64,000 bases of DNA from Ruditapes philippinarum (Eukaryota). Positions 39,209 through 51,952 of the stretch are shown piece by piece. The stretch lies in the NCBI RefSeq assembly GCF_026571515.1, contig NW_026856168.1, forward strand, positions 310,001 through 374,000. The letters run 5' to 3'. Numbering within the stretch: position 1 is the first letter of the stretch; each line of letters starts with the position of its first letter. The notes beneath the pieces were generated by a model, which was not told the origin of the DNA, made no database searches, and saw only the letters and a list, made by a program, of their open reading frames with translations. Both the position numbers and the translations under genes were made by a program.

Positions 39209-40054
39209 TACTGAAAGAAAAAAGTTTAGCAAGCTTTTCACACCTATTATTTTTTCTTTTTGAGCTTTCGAATGAATACGTTTTTATATGTAAATGATGT
39301 ACTTATCGATGCTCTTTACACATCTATTGTGTTTGTTCGAAAACCGTGTATTTTATCAGCGAAGCGTAAGAAACTCGAAAATCACGTGCAACGTAAGCAC
39401 GGCAATTTCGGTAGCGTGTAGAGTCGAGTAATGTACCTTATTGTTTTGAGCTGTTACCACAAACAAAATAACCAGTTTAAAAATCGAAGAAATTCCAATG
39501 GGGAGTCGCCAAGGAATGACGTTAGAAGAACGTCAAAGAGCTGTAGGTATGCTCCACGCTGGTATGACGGCAAGAGCTGTCGCTCGGCATTTCAATCGCC
39601 ATGAGTCTACAATTAGTTGCCTTAGAAACCGTCTGAGACAAACAGGACGAGTCAACGACAGACCCAGATCAGGCAGACCACGGAAAACAACGCCACGCGA
39701 AGACCGTCACATCACGACGCTTTCTCGACGTAACCGGTTTATGTCCAGTGGGAAGATAGCCCGAGATCTCATGAATACTACTGGGACAAGGGTGTGCCTC
39801 AGAACTGTGAGAAATAGGCTTCGCGCGGCAAGGCACACTAGATACTGAACTCCTTGTGAATTTTGACGCCTTACCCCTAACGTCTTTCAGGCTGTACAGT
39901 GAGCTAAGGCAACAGGGTTTTAACAATTTATTGTTACAAACTAATTGAAAACTAAATGCTTTATTCAATTATGTACTTGGTTTAATTCAAATTGGTATAG
40001 TTTAAATAAACCAGTGAAATATTTCCGAACTTGCTAAACTTTTTTCTCTCAGTA
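39209..40054 (+). mobile_element. Internally deleted Tc1/mariner element (846 bp)
   Basis: TA-flanked 25-bp TIRs TACTGArAGAAAAAAGTTTAGCAAG; contains ORF 39498-39848. Confidence 0.92.
39498..39848 (+). CDS. Truncated Tc1 transposase: paired-like HTH DNA-binding region only, no DDE domain
   Basis: RAVGML..MTARAVARHF..HESTIS.L..R...TG.V.DRPRSGRPRKTTPREDR..I...RRNRF, a typical Tc1 N-terminus, ending HTRY*. Confidence 0.8.
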   Translation: MGSRQGMTLEERQRAVGMLHAGMTARAVARHFNRHESTISCLRNRLRQTGRVNDRPRSGRPRKTTPREDRHITTLSRRNRFMSSGKIARDLMNTTGTRVCLRTVRNRLRAARHTRY

Positions 40055-41111
40055 TATTTAGTAAAGTTTTTACCAATATAAATAATTTGATGGTGCTCAA
40101 CCTAGCGGCGAAGTGTTCCGAGTTATTCCGTCATATTTGTTTGTACCAAACATGATCATTGTGAAAGTGCATTTTAAATCAGTGATTTATAAATATGCTT
40201 AGAATCGCGATTTATCAATAAAATTATATATAGTTATACATGTATTTGTCATAAGCGTTGTGATAACTAAAGGCCCGAAGATGGCCGAGGTCAAACGAAT
40301 GTTTACGGCACATGATTAAACGAACGACTTGTTATTTTCCGGACTATTTCACGACTTTTCACTTTTGTAGAACTCGGTGTAATTCTTTTTGAAATACCCT
40401 GAAACAACTGATTGCTGGATTTTACTCACAAAGTGCAAACCCTTTTAAAAATAGCCAACATCTGTAATATAAATATTGGTTTACGGGTCTGAACAAGCCG
40501 CGGTGTGAGCAAAGAATGCAGTGCTCTATGCAGAAACAGTTGCAAACAAAATCTATGTAGTCGCCACAATGGAACATCATGCAAGCTCTGTAGTGAAGCC
40601 TTTGGTCGCTGTGTGGTTGTTGTAAAAACGCCATCAATTCGAAAGATATACATGTATATATTTCTTGTGATTTCACGACGCTACACTGTGAACGCAGACA
40701 AAAAAAGGACGCCAGCGGCTAGCTTCCCCCCTTTGTTTTTCTTTCATTTCAAGTCCTAATTGTTTCATAAATTGGGTATTAAAAATTTTCCTCAACTGGG
40801 GTTTCCCAGAAAAAAATTTCACAAGAAAGGGTTTGTAGAAAAAGTTTCCCTCTACATAATCAAGAAGGGGCAATCGCCTGTGGTTAGTACAATTTACACA
40901 TATGTATAAAGTTTTTTATATTCCAAAAAGAAAATGTTTTAGTGCCCTTTAAGTCTAAAAAATCAATAATTTTTATTTCTCAAATTCTTTTTTATTGTTT
41001 TTTTACATCATAGTCATCTTTTTCTTCTTTTGCGTTTTGCAATTGGTGTAGTAATAGTGATTTTACGTGACAGTCAAACATACCACTGTACTTCCATTTC
41101 GTTTCCTATAT

Positions 41112-43314
41112 CACTGCGGTATACCGCACCCCGGATATTGCATGATATTATGAGGACTTTCATCCCATTTCGCGACTTTGAACGGGGAACGAAGGTAAGT
41201 TCAGCGACGATATTTTCCAAACTAATGGCTATTTCATTTATCTCAACGGGTTTTATATATCTAGAGGTATTTTTGTAGCTCTAAAAGACGTAAAAGTATT
41301 ACAGGTATTTGTAAAATTGATTTAAACTACCCCTAAACGATCCGCTGCTCACTAGAAAATACTGACCGCGATATGTTAGAATCGTTAGAAATTATTATAT
41401 TACCAATATTGAAAAAAAAATTGAATCGAGCAATTTTTTTTATTCACAATCCAAGTATGCCTTGTCCAAATTTTAGGCAAAAAGTGTGAAAGTACAAAAA
41501 GATACAGGCCAAAAAAGATACAAGAAAGTGTACCGAGTATTGATTTTAAGTTGTACAGAGTATTTGCAAAATAGCCCAACTTTAGTGTACAGGAGTATTG
41601 CAAAACAGAATGAGCACATTAGTATGGAAAATCGATATTTTTTTTCTAATTTTTTTCACGTCTGTTTATCGATTCATTTCATTTTTTTCTGGATAATTGT
41701 ACTGTTTATTATGGATATTTATTCAAATATTCAGATTCAACAATGCATTTTCAGTTTATTACTGTTTTTTCCTTTACCGTCAAAATACAGAGATTTAATT
41801 TCCCATTTGATTGAAAATCACCTATGGATATGAAATTAAAGTGTGTGCAGGGTCGGAAGCAGGGTACAACCATCAAAATTGCCGACGATAAAAAACCCTT
41901 TAAAGAAACTTTGTCAAGGAGACCTTTCTCTGAAAGGACAAGAATTTAAAAAAACATATTTAGATGGACATTAATTTAATAGGTTTTTACAGGGCAAGTT
42001 TGCCTTAAAGAAACATATCGAACACGCATATAGGCCGCACTTCATAAAATACAAAGTAATTACTCTTTTTGAACAACATTTCTCAAACGAAAAAAAACCA
42101 GTGTTTGGGCCTAAATAGCGCCCATGTTTTACACTAATTTGAGGCCCTCAAAAGGGGTGGGGTTGTAAAGCCTTCAAAACAGGCATTTATGAGGTAAAAA
42201 GGTTATAAGGAACATAACCTTTTTATAAATTTTTTTATTGCATCTGCTGCTGCCCTTTATCATAATTCTTATCAAAATCCATTATTTTCGGTTTTTTAGC
42301 TGTACCCGCTTCGGCAGTCATACGGTAACTCATTGCTAAGGCGTAACAAAATTTCACGTGCAGACGGTCTGCCGTTGCTATCTAGAGTGCAGTTGCAAAA
42401 TGTCCGAAAAGTTACCTTTATATATGGATAATTTTTTGGCATAGTAGGGAAGTCGGTTGATATGAGATTTTGGGTACACTTGCTTCAATACCGTTCTAAT
42501 ATTGACAATCTTGAGGCAGTATTAATGCACTTTGGGTGCATTATTTTTTTACTTATTTAAAGTAAGATATGCAATTTAATTATTAACAAATTCTGGATAA
42601 GGTTGATCCTTCCGATATCAACGAGAACATTTTAACACAGAAAACTGAGATTTTTTCACGAGCAGGAATGAAAATCTGGATTATTTCGCAGATGTTTCCA
42701 GTAAAGTAACTCCGAATTCTGCATATTCTGCAACATATACTAGTAGTGTAAATAAGTATACACAGTAAGAAATATTTAAAATTAAATGTGGTAAATACTT
42801 TGTGTTTTACTCTTTATTGATAACCAATACTCGTTACACTAAAAAGCAATACTCGTGACACCGGCGGGCAACTCCAAAGCAATACTCGGTACACTGAAAT
42901 GTGTATTTATTCTCAAAATGCACTGTCATCTGACGGTTCTATTGTTGATTGAACATTTACAACATAAACATTATCATCATTATCACATTTCACTCGATTC
43001 AAGTTTTTTTCTTTTAAGGAAGTATATGCACAAAAACATCAAATTTGACTGATCCGAGCTCATTTATCACGTGAGCCAAAGAGACGAATTTTACCTCTCC
43101 TAATTACATTTCAAAGCTATTTCTCAACATTTTTGGGGTTCAGTAACTAGAGAAATTATCGAAGCATTTGTTTTTCTACAAAATTTATATCAAACCAATT
43201 CAAAATGACTAAATATCGTCACTAAACATACCTTCTTTCCTCGTTCGAAGTCGCGAAATGGGATGAAAGTCCTCATAATATCGAGCAATATCCGGGGTAC
43301 GGTATACCGCAGTG
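41112..43314. mobile_element. 2.2-kb non-autonomous DNA transposon with ~105 bp TIRs and nested repeat fragments
   Basis: CACTGCGGTATACCGCACCCCGGATATTGC..GAGGACTTTCATCCCATTTCGCGAC is inverted at about 43210-43314. Confidence 0.75.
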
Positions 43315-43510
43315 TATATATGTCATCTTCAACTATAAGCAGCTCGCATGTTCTACATACATTATACGGGTTTTTTCTGTCTGTAGAATGAAAAAGTACT
43401 CATTTTTTTACATAATGTGCCCTTAAAGACTGATAAAATGGCAAAAGGTGACTATGGCGTTGGTTGAGCTTCAGAGCTTGCGAAAGTTCTCACAATAAAA
43501 CACGGCATAT

Positions 43511-43730
43511 TATGGTGGCTTATTTGTGCCATTCGTGTTTTCGCTCCGCGCTCCCGCCATTTTATTTCTTAAATCTGACCCCGCCACCCCGTGGGCGAAG
43601 TTTTATTTATTAAACTTCGTCCCGCGCGTGTTTTCGTTCTGTGACCCCGCCATTTTAATTTGTTAATTCTCGACTTTTCGCTTGGCGGGGTCGCGGGTGG
43701 AAATACGTATGGCACAAATTAGCCACCATA
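43511..43730. mobile_element. IS3EU-like MITE
   Basis: TATGGTGGCT..TTTGTGCCAT TIRs with a perfect 6-bp TSD GCATAT. Confidence 0.7.
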
Positions 43731-43799
43731 GCATATAGAAGACGAACACCTAATTTGTCGTGTTTGTTCGTTTTTTGTTGTTGTTGTTGGGATTTTTTT

Positions 43800-46700
43800 G
43801 CAATAACTAAGCGGTTGGTCTTTTTACCTCAAGACACGCCTAGACTACCCTAGACTACCCCAAGATACGCCAAGACTACCCCAAGACACTCAAAAACACG
43901 TTTACCTAAATGTTAATACGGTCTTAATTTTACATTGTTTACAGGAGGTAACTATACGACATTGAATTATCTCCCTTCATTTATTTACTTGTACATTTTG
44001 TAATGTAATATTATAAATTATCTTTGTGCAAAATAGTTTACAATATTGAAACAATGCCAAGGTTACCGGGTTTTGGCGAAGTGCAAGTTTAATATTGCGA
44101 CAATGTCATTTTATGAGTAAAGTATTTTTGATGCCTTACATATTAAACGCATAATTTTTTTTTCTGTAAAGTTGATTTAAAAAAATATTCACGGAGAGAG
44201 TTTTCAAAAAAGCTTTACAAGCTTCCTACTCAATCCGTAAATTTTATTTTATGTAATTTATTATGTAAATGTGTGGATTATTAATAAGATATTGTTTAAA
44301 CTAAAAAAATATTCATAAAGAGCATAAAATAAATATTTTACTAATGAAAAAAAGTTCATACATAATTGACCATATTTGTATGGAGGGCGATCGTTTGCCA
44401 AAATTCAGACATGTAATGTGTTCCTTTTTGAAAAAACTACTTTTGAAAATGCGAACATTGTATGTCTAGCATTTTTTATTACATTCGTGCACAGGCAAAT
44501 GATATGCCTCTTAATCCATATTATTAATTGAAGGCACCAGCTTTTAAATAACAAGTTTTACATGTAAATCTTAACAACCGACCTAACATGGGGAACACAA
44601 CAACTTTTACAAGTTCGTATTTACCATTGGCATTTTAATAATACATAAGCATGTTTTACCACACTTGTAGATATATATCTGTACCTGAAAACACAAATGA
44701 AATGTAAAACTCGAATGCAGAAAATATAATTTAATAAAACATGTTCCAGTCGTAGAAACTACAACAGTACGTTTACACAGTCTACATGTTTAAAATGACA
44801 AAAGTAGATTCACAAAGTTTAAACGATTCTAAGTCATGCATGACGCCCCGCCTCTCTCTGAGTATTTACGATCTTCTATCACGGAAATGTACGGACAGGT
44901 ATAATACCCGTCGCCTCTCTCCTATTTCTCAAATAAAGTGAAGGAAAACACGGCGTCCATTCTAACTTTTTTTTATTTCTATAAAAGTCCAATCAAGTAT
45001 TGGTATCAAAATGAAAGATTACTCCATAAGCTTTCTATGAGTGCCTTCGGAAATAAAAATGAATTAAATAGATGTATTGAATTTTAGGGTTTTTTTACTC
45101 TGAAAATAACAACTATCGAATTGGTAAGAAAAACACGGCGTTCCCTCCAACTTTTTTTTAAGTTTGTAATATATTTTTGATAATTTTGGATTAAAATAAA
45201 AAGTGTGCTTCATACGATTTATGATATATTATTATATAATGCCTAAAAACAAAAAATGAATTAAATCAAACTGAATTAACTTTTCGTTAAAAAGTTTATC
45301 ATGTTACTTTCTGTAAAATAGAGAAAATAAGAATCCCTAAAGAACGCTCAAAACGAAAAAATTGAGAATGTTGCAGGCCGGTTTGATTGAGCCTGCTCAT
45401 GGACGGTAATGGAAAGAGCAAGTTATCGTCCACGCCCCCTAGCACCGGGCTTAAGCAAAATTCAACATGAACTGGTACAATTTTGAAACATTCGCAGATG
45501 TGTTAATATGGCGATTATATGGAACCTTCAATGTGTGACACGTAAGTGCCATACCATGAAAAACGGCATATGATACACAAGTAAAAAAAAAAACACACTC
45601 TGAAATTCAGTAAGAAAAAACATGGCGCCCCCTACTTACTTTTTTTATTTCTTGGTCAATTTTGATAATAACCAGATCATCAAGGAAAGGCGGCGTTGAT
45701 AATTTTAGATTTCAAGTAAAAGAATCCTTTATGAACTTTCTAGTGATGCCTTAAAATGAAAATTAATTATGTAGAGGTATTAAAAAAAATTTGTTTCTAA
45801 CTTATCGTTGTTTATTTTTTTTTCTCTTAAATCAACACTCATATATTCGGAAAAAATAACGTCGCTTCCTTTAGATTACTTTATTCAAAAGGAAATTGAA
45901 TATTGAATGAAATTTAAGACCATAAGCTTGAACAAGTATATTAAAAATCTGGAACAAAGTGATCCCTCGGAAGCATTAAACACAACAAAAATAACATAAG
46001 GATTGCAGATTTCGGTTTTGATTGAGTCTGCACATGAGGGATAATGAACAAGTGCAACATCCCTCATGCCCCCTAGCCACCGGCTTGAACCGGTACTCAA
46101 TTCTCAACACTTAATAGCGCTGGCATCAATGATCCCGAAGGACCAGAAAAAACACTGAAGTGAAGTACGGGGCAACTTTTTACAGCTGCCACACGGCACT
46201 TGACACCTGCTGTTGTGAAGTATTAAAATCTGGAAACAAAGTGATCCCTCGGAAGCATTACTTCACTACAAATTACATAAGATTGCAGACTCGGTTTGAT
46301 TGAGTCTGTACATGAGGGATAATGAACAAGTGCAAAAGTTTTATTCATACTGAAAATACCTTTTTAAAGATTGTATATTATGTGCTACGGATAAGTATTT
46401 TCTTGATTTCGGAAAGGAAATCTCGATGGCCGCTTTAAAATCCTATTTTTGCAAATACTTGCATAGTTTTTTGTTGAAAATGAAATTTGTGCCAATACAT
46501 TTTTCAATGATACCAATAAGATATATTGGATGGTTATCAATGAAATTACTCCCTTGAAGTTGGGCATTGTTTCCCCTAAAAAATTTCCAAATTCGCCGAT
46601 GTTTCTCAGGAATATATGATAACAAGATCAACAAGGAAAGGCGGCGCTCAATGAACGCACCCTACATGACCAGCCAGCAACAAGAACAAGTGGCAGGAAG

Positions 46701-47650
46701 CCAGGCGGACCCAAACAAAACACAGGACAGGGGCACTAGGCATAGCACGGACAGGCTAATACACTAAAATGATAAATAATTTGTAACTGATAAGAAACAC
46801 GATGTTAAATTATAAGGTAATGCACAAGTTATCTTCATCATAAATTGGTAAAATCAGCAATTTTCAAGTGATGTTGCTAGTGACAAACTTTTGTAACAAA
46901 TGTAACATATATATATGTTATGAAAAGTGCCGTATGTTGTCCTTCAGTTTATTTAAAAATATGGGAGAGGCGCCGTTTTATACCTGTCCGCAATAGAAGT
47001 TCGTAAATACTCCGAGAGGGGCGGGGCGTTATGCTTGACTTGAAATCGTTTTAACTTTGTGAATCTACTTTTGTCATTTTTTAAACATGTTACTGTGTTA
47101 ACGTACTCTTGTAGTTCTACAACTGGTAACACGTTTTCTTAAACTCTATTTTCCGTATTTCGAGTTTTACATTTCATTTGTATATTAACAGATCTATAAG
47201 TGTGCAAACATGCGTATGTATTGCATGCAATGGAAGATACGAACTTGTAAATTTGTTGTCGTTTTTAGATGTTAGGTCAGTTGTTACGATATATATGTAA
47301 ACTTGTTATATAAAGGCCGTAACCTTCAATTAAAAGATTGAATTAAGAGGCATACAATAAAAATGGTAGGCATACAAGTTTGCATTTTCAAAAGTCATTT
47401 TAAAAAGGAACACTTTACATGTCTGGAATTTTGGCAACGAACGCCCTCCATATATTTGATGTATTGATGACATGTAAATAATCAGTCGTCGTATATAATA
47501 AAACTTACGCAATATATAAGTTTCTTGGGGTGTCTTGGGGTAGTCCTGGGACTGAAAATGTGTATGTTTCTGTCCCAGGGTAGTCTTGGGGTGTCTTGGG
47601 TTGTCTTTAGGTAAATAGACCGACCCATTACTTAGTCGTATTTTGCGGAA
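43800..47650. repeat. Large diverged inverted repeat (arms about 44370-44930 / 46950-47460, plus about 43800-43895 / 47520-47650)
   Basis: For example ATGACAAAAGTAGATTCACAAAGTT at about 44795 vs AACTTTGTGAATCTACTTTTGTCAT at about 47053; colinear in reverse for more than 500 bp. Confidence 0.85.
45938..46336. repeat. ~120 bp direct repeat pair (about 45938-46057 and 46221-46336)
   Basis: AATCTGGAACAAAGTGATCCCTCGGAAGCATTA...CATGAGGGATAATGAACAAGTGCAA present twice. Confidence 0.8.
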
Positions 47651-47847
47651 CAGAAGACACGAACAAGCATTCTTTCGCTCCGGCACATGAAAAAACGGCA
47701 TGGCACAAATAAAGATCCATAACCTTCACGAACTAAAAAAGGAAAGCAAAATACATTCTTGTCCTATAAACTTTATTTTTGATAAATATATTTACAAACA
47801 AGAGCTATTGCATTACACGAATAATGCGTCTTCTTAACGTACGTCGT

Positions 47848-49345
47848 TTACAAGGGACACTGTCTGTTGCATTCATAAAGCTGGAGACATGCGCATTCAT
47901 CCAGTTGTTCGGCGCACGCGGAACACAGGCCAGATAATATAAATCCTACAATAGAGCCAGTTTGAGCTGGGTCGGTGTAATCTATCTCTGAAAAAGGTAA
48001 AAGTTACGTTTATTCAAAGTTGATAGTTAGCGACAGTGAAAAGGTACAGTATAATTCAGTTCAGTCAAAAATATTCCAAAATAAAATGTTTTGTGTGAGG
48101 AAGTAGATCTATTGTTAAACAGAACTTAAATATCTGAGTAATTTCACTAGAAAAGTAAAGAACTATCCTGTATATTTTACTTTAGAACTTTATAATGGCA
48201 AGAACTATCTTTTATATGTTTTGGCCAATGAGATTCCCAAATTTCTTTATTTTTTTTTTGTTTAAAATGACTAATGAAAACTCTTCATATATTCAGTACT
48301 TCCCTGTAAAATTTTCAGGAAGTCAGACTGATTTTAAGGGGAAAAGGTTTAAAAATGGAAAAAAAGTAGTTCCAACATGGCATATAAAAACGATATATAC
48401 ATAAATTTACTTACTTATACCCTTGGCAACGATTTCCTTGTTAAACATATCTTGGACTTCTTTCCTGGCCAACAAGGTTTCGCTTATTTGTTTTGATTTA
48501 CGCACGTGCTCTTTAAATGTTTTATAATCATTGCGCGTGACTGCTGATGATTCAACTGCAGACACCTTAAAGAAATATAAAAAAGTCTTAATATCATAGT
48601 CATATCTTTAGAAAATATATACACGAACTTCCCTACATTTCAAATACATGTATTTATTTTGCACGGAACAAAAAGAAAAGAAAAAAAATTTCGTACAAAA
48701 TAAATGTTGTCAGAGGAATGTTTGTAGTTTAAACATTTATTTCACGAGGCCGCAATTCAACAATTTTATGTTACAACATAATTATATTATCAACGTGAAA
48801 TGTTTGGTCTAATTACAAGACAAAAAATAACAACAAGTAAACAAAGACGAAGCACGTTTAAGCTAGAAAAACCAAAACAAGCGAATTTTAGAAATCTATG
48901 ATGACAAAAATTAAGGTGAAGTATTTCAAGTATTTCAAGTGTAATGCCAAAAAAAAAAAAAAAAAAAAAAAAAGAAGAGAAAAAATGTATATAATGAACA
49001 GAAAATTCAAGTCTTTTCTATTAATACAGGGTTTATTTTCATCTTGTGGTATGAAAATTATCATATTTCACTCGTGGCTACCGCCACTCATAAAATATTT
49101 ATTTTCATACCACTCGATGAAAATAGACCCTGTATTTATAGGAAAAAAGCTTAAATATCCTCTATATATTATTGAACAGTTTCTAAAACAATAAAACATA
49201 AACACTTTGATAAATGATTTATAAATAAAGTAAATAAAAGTTAGCTTACCTGTTCTAAATTTTTCTTTACAGCCTTTGCCGACGAATAGTTTCCCGTCCA
49301 TCCCCATAACATAAAAATAGTGAATAGAATATATGATAAACACAT
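47848..49345 (-). CDS. Small secreted Cys-rich protein of unknown function (gene D), 128 aa; exons 49345-49250, 48565-48415, 47987-47848
   Basis: Signal-like MCLSYILFTIFMLWGWTGNYSSAKA; junctions CAG|GTAAGC, TTTAAG|, A|GTAAGT, TTTTCAG| with matching phases 0 and 1; C-terminus LCSACAEQLDECACLQLYECNRQCPL*; TATAAATA about 75 bp upstream; AATAAA about 70 bp downstream. Confidence 0.8.
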
Positions 49346-49419
49346 TGCTTTAACAGTGTACATTCTGACTCCTCAGCAAAAACTCACAAAAAATAATATT
49401 TACTTTGTACAGTATTGTA

Positions 49420-49427
49420 TATTTATA
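49420..49427 (-). promoter_or_regulatory. TATA box of gene D
   Basis: TATAAATA on the minus strand about 75 bp upstream of ATG 49345; the same motif occupies a similar position for gene E. Confidence 0.5.
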
Positions 49428-49827
49428 ACTTAGCTTGTTGTCACGTTAACGTACATTAGTTCGTGTCATATTACGTCAACGTTGGACACGCAACAACATA
49501 GATTGTATATTTTCCGTTTTGACAAATGAATAGATAATGTTTACATCTTACGTAAAAAAACGCTCTGTATCTTGGGCGCAAAAATGTAACTATATAGTTT
49601 AATTAATTAAACGCTCCTCTTTCAGTTATGTGTCAAACAATAACGTCAATGCCGTTAACGTCATTAGTCAATACGGTCATCTTTACGTCTAATTACATGT
49701 GGAGCCATCCTACGCGATTTTATAGGGTTTTAATTGGCTTCCTCTTTCTCTTTAATCCACGAATGAGAATTTTCTAGGTACGCACGAGAAACAGAGTAAA
49801 TAGCATCAATGAAGTTGAACTGTTACA

Positions 49828-50183
49828 TATGGTGGCTGATTTGGTACACTTTGCACGTTGCGTTATCGAAAGCGACAACACAACCTATATCGTTATCGCC
49901 TTTCGTCTTGTCGTCCTGTTGCTAGTGAAGCACGCCAAACGGCGCGTTGTCGTGTGGCGCGATGTCGCCCTGTCGCTTGGTTTATTGGTTTATATTTATA
50001 CAAGTCGCAAATCCTTCGATTTGAGCCAAGCGACAAGGAGACATCGCGACAACATGTCACAAGACAACGGGCCTTTTGGCATGTTTCGTTAGCGACAGGA
50101 CGACATGACGAAAGTTCGACAATGCGCCAGTTGGCGCTTTGTCGTGCTGTCGCTAGCAGAAGTGTACCAAATCAGCCACCATA
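49828..50183. mobile_element. IS3EU-like MITE
   Basis: Perfect 24-bp TIRs TATGGTGGCTGATTTGGTACACTT; near-TSD GTTACA/GTTAAA. Confidence 0.8.
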
Positions 50184-50475
50184 GTTAAACTTTGTTTCAA
50201 GAGCCACTTAAGTACTTACTTTTTTGCGCCAAGGTAGATATGAGTTAAACTTCAAACTTAAAGAAGACACCCTACCTTTTTAAGAAATGGAATTAAGTGC
50301 GTACGCATTTAGCGATTGATCGAAAGTAAAAAATAAATAAAGAACTTTGAGCAGCCAATTTGGCATGGACAAATATTTACAAATACCATTTTCCTTTCAA
50401 ACAGACATTTTCAATCAGAAGAAAAATCATTTAAAATAAACGCCCATTTAATTTGATCATTAAGAGTTTGAGACA

Positions 50476-51952
50476 TTGGTGTTTGAATAATGACTTTATA
50501 TATTAAGCACCACCTCATTATACACATACTGTCACGTTGGTGTTTGAATAATGACTTTATATATTAAGCACCACCTCATTATACACATACTGTCTCGTTG
50601 GTGTTTGAATAATGACTTTATATATTAAGCACCACCTCATTATACACATACTGTCACGTTTAGTGTTGAAATAATGACTTTATATATTAAAACACAACCT
50701 CATTATACACATACTATCACGTTTAGTGTTGAAATAATGACTTTATATATTAAAACACAACCTCATTATACACATACTGTCACGTTGGTGTTTGAATAAT
50801 GACTTTATATATTAAAACACCACCTCATTATACACATACTGTCACGTTTAGTGTTTAAATAATGACTTTATATATTAAAACACCACCTCATTATACACAT
50901 ACTGTCACGTAAGTGTTTAAATAATGACTTTATATATTAAAACACCACCTCATTATACACATACTGTCACGTTAGTGTTTAAATAATGACTTTATATATT
51001 AAAACACCACCTCATTATACACATACTGTCACGTTGGTGTTTGAATAATGACTTTATATATTAAGCACCACCTCATTATACACATACTGTCTCGTTGGTG
51101 TTTGAATAATGACTTTATGTATTAAAACACCATCTCATTATACACATACTGTCTCGTTGGTGTTTGAATAATGACTTTATATATTAAGCACCACCTCATT
51201 ATACACATACTGTCTCGTTGGTGTTTGAATAATGACTTTATGTATTAAGCACCACCTCATTATACACATACTGTCTCGTTGGTGTTTGAATAATGACTTT
51301 AATATGGTGGCTAATTTGGTACGCTTTTGTGCGTCTACTTGGCGCTAAGGACAACACAACAAAGCGCCAAAGGGCGCGTTGTCGGATTTTCGTCTTGTCG
51401 TCCTGTCACTAGCGACAACACGACTAAGCACCAAACAGCGCGTTGTCGCGCTGTCGTCTTGTCGTCCTGTCTCTAGCGCGACACGCCAAACGTCGCGATG
51501 TCGTGAGGCGCGATGTCGAACTGTCGCTTGGCTTATAGGCCAATTCCTCAATTTGAATCAAGCGCCAATGTGACATCGTGACAACACGCAGCACGACAAC
51601 GCACCGTTTGGCGTGCCGCGCTAGAGACGGGACGACAAGACGACAGCGCGACAACGCGCCGTTTGGCGCTTTGTCGTGTTGTCGCTAGCGCCAACGCAAC
51701 ACACAAAAGCGTACCAAATAAGCCACCACACTTTATATATTGAAATACTCATACTGTCACGTTGGTGTTTGAATAATGACTTTATACATATAAACACCAC
51801 CTCATTATACACACACTGTCTCGTTGTTTTTTGAATAATTACTTTATATATTCAAACACCATCTCACTATACACATACTGTCACGTTGGTGTTTAAATAA
51901 TGACTTTATTTATTAAAACACCACCTCATTATACACATACTGTCATGTTGGT
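50476..51952. repeat. 61-63 bp tandem repeat (about 17 copies) interrupted by a MITE; the last unit overlaps the 3' coding end of gene E
   Basis: TTGGTGTTTGAATAATGACTTTATATATTAAGCACCACCTCATTATACACATACTGTCACG repeated. Confidence 0.95.
51303..51730. mobile_element. IS3EU-like MITE inserted in the tandem array
   Basis: TIRs TATGGTGGCTAATTTGGTACGCTTTTGTG / CACAAAAGCGTACCAAATAAGCCACCACA; near-TSD CTTTAA/CTTTAT; similar to 49828-50183. Confidence 0.8.

Noticed and set aside
46567-46767. Purine-rich 66-aa ORF in the core of the inverted repeat
   Set aside because: No recognisable motif or supporting splice structure.
49068-49343. ORF-track 91-aa minus ORF (MFIIYSIHYF...)
   Set aside because: Wrong frame. 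The overlapping frame from ATG 49345 gives a signal peptide and splices in phase to the next exons.
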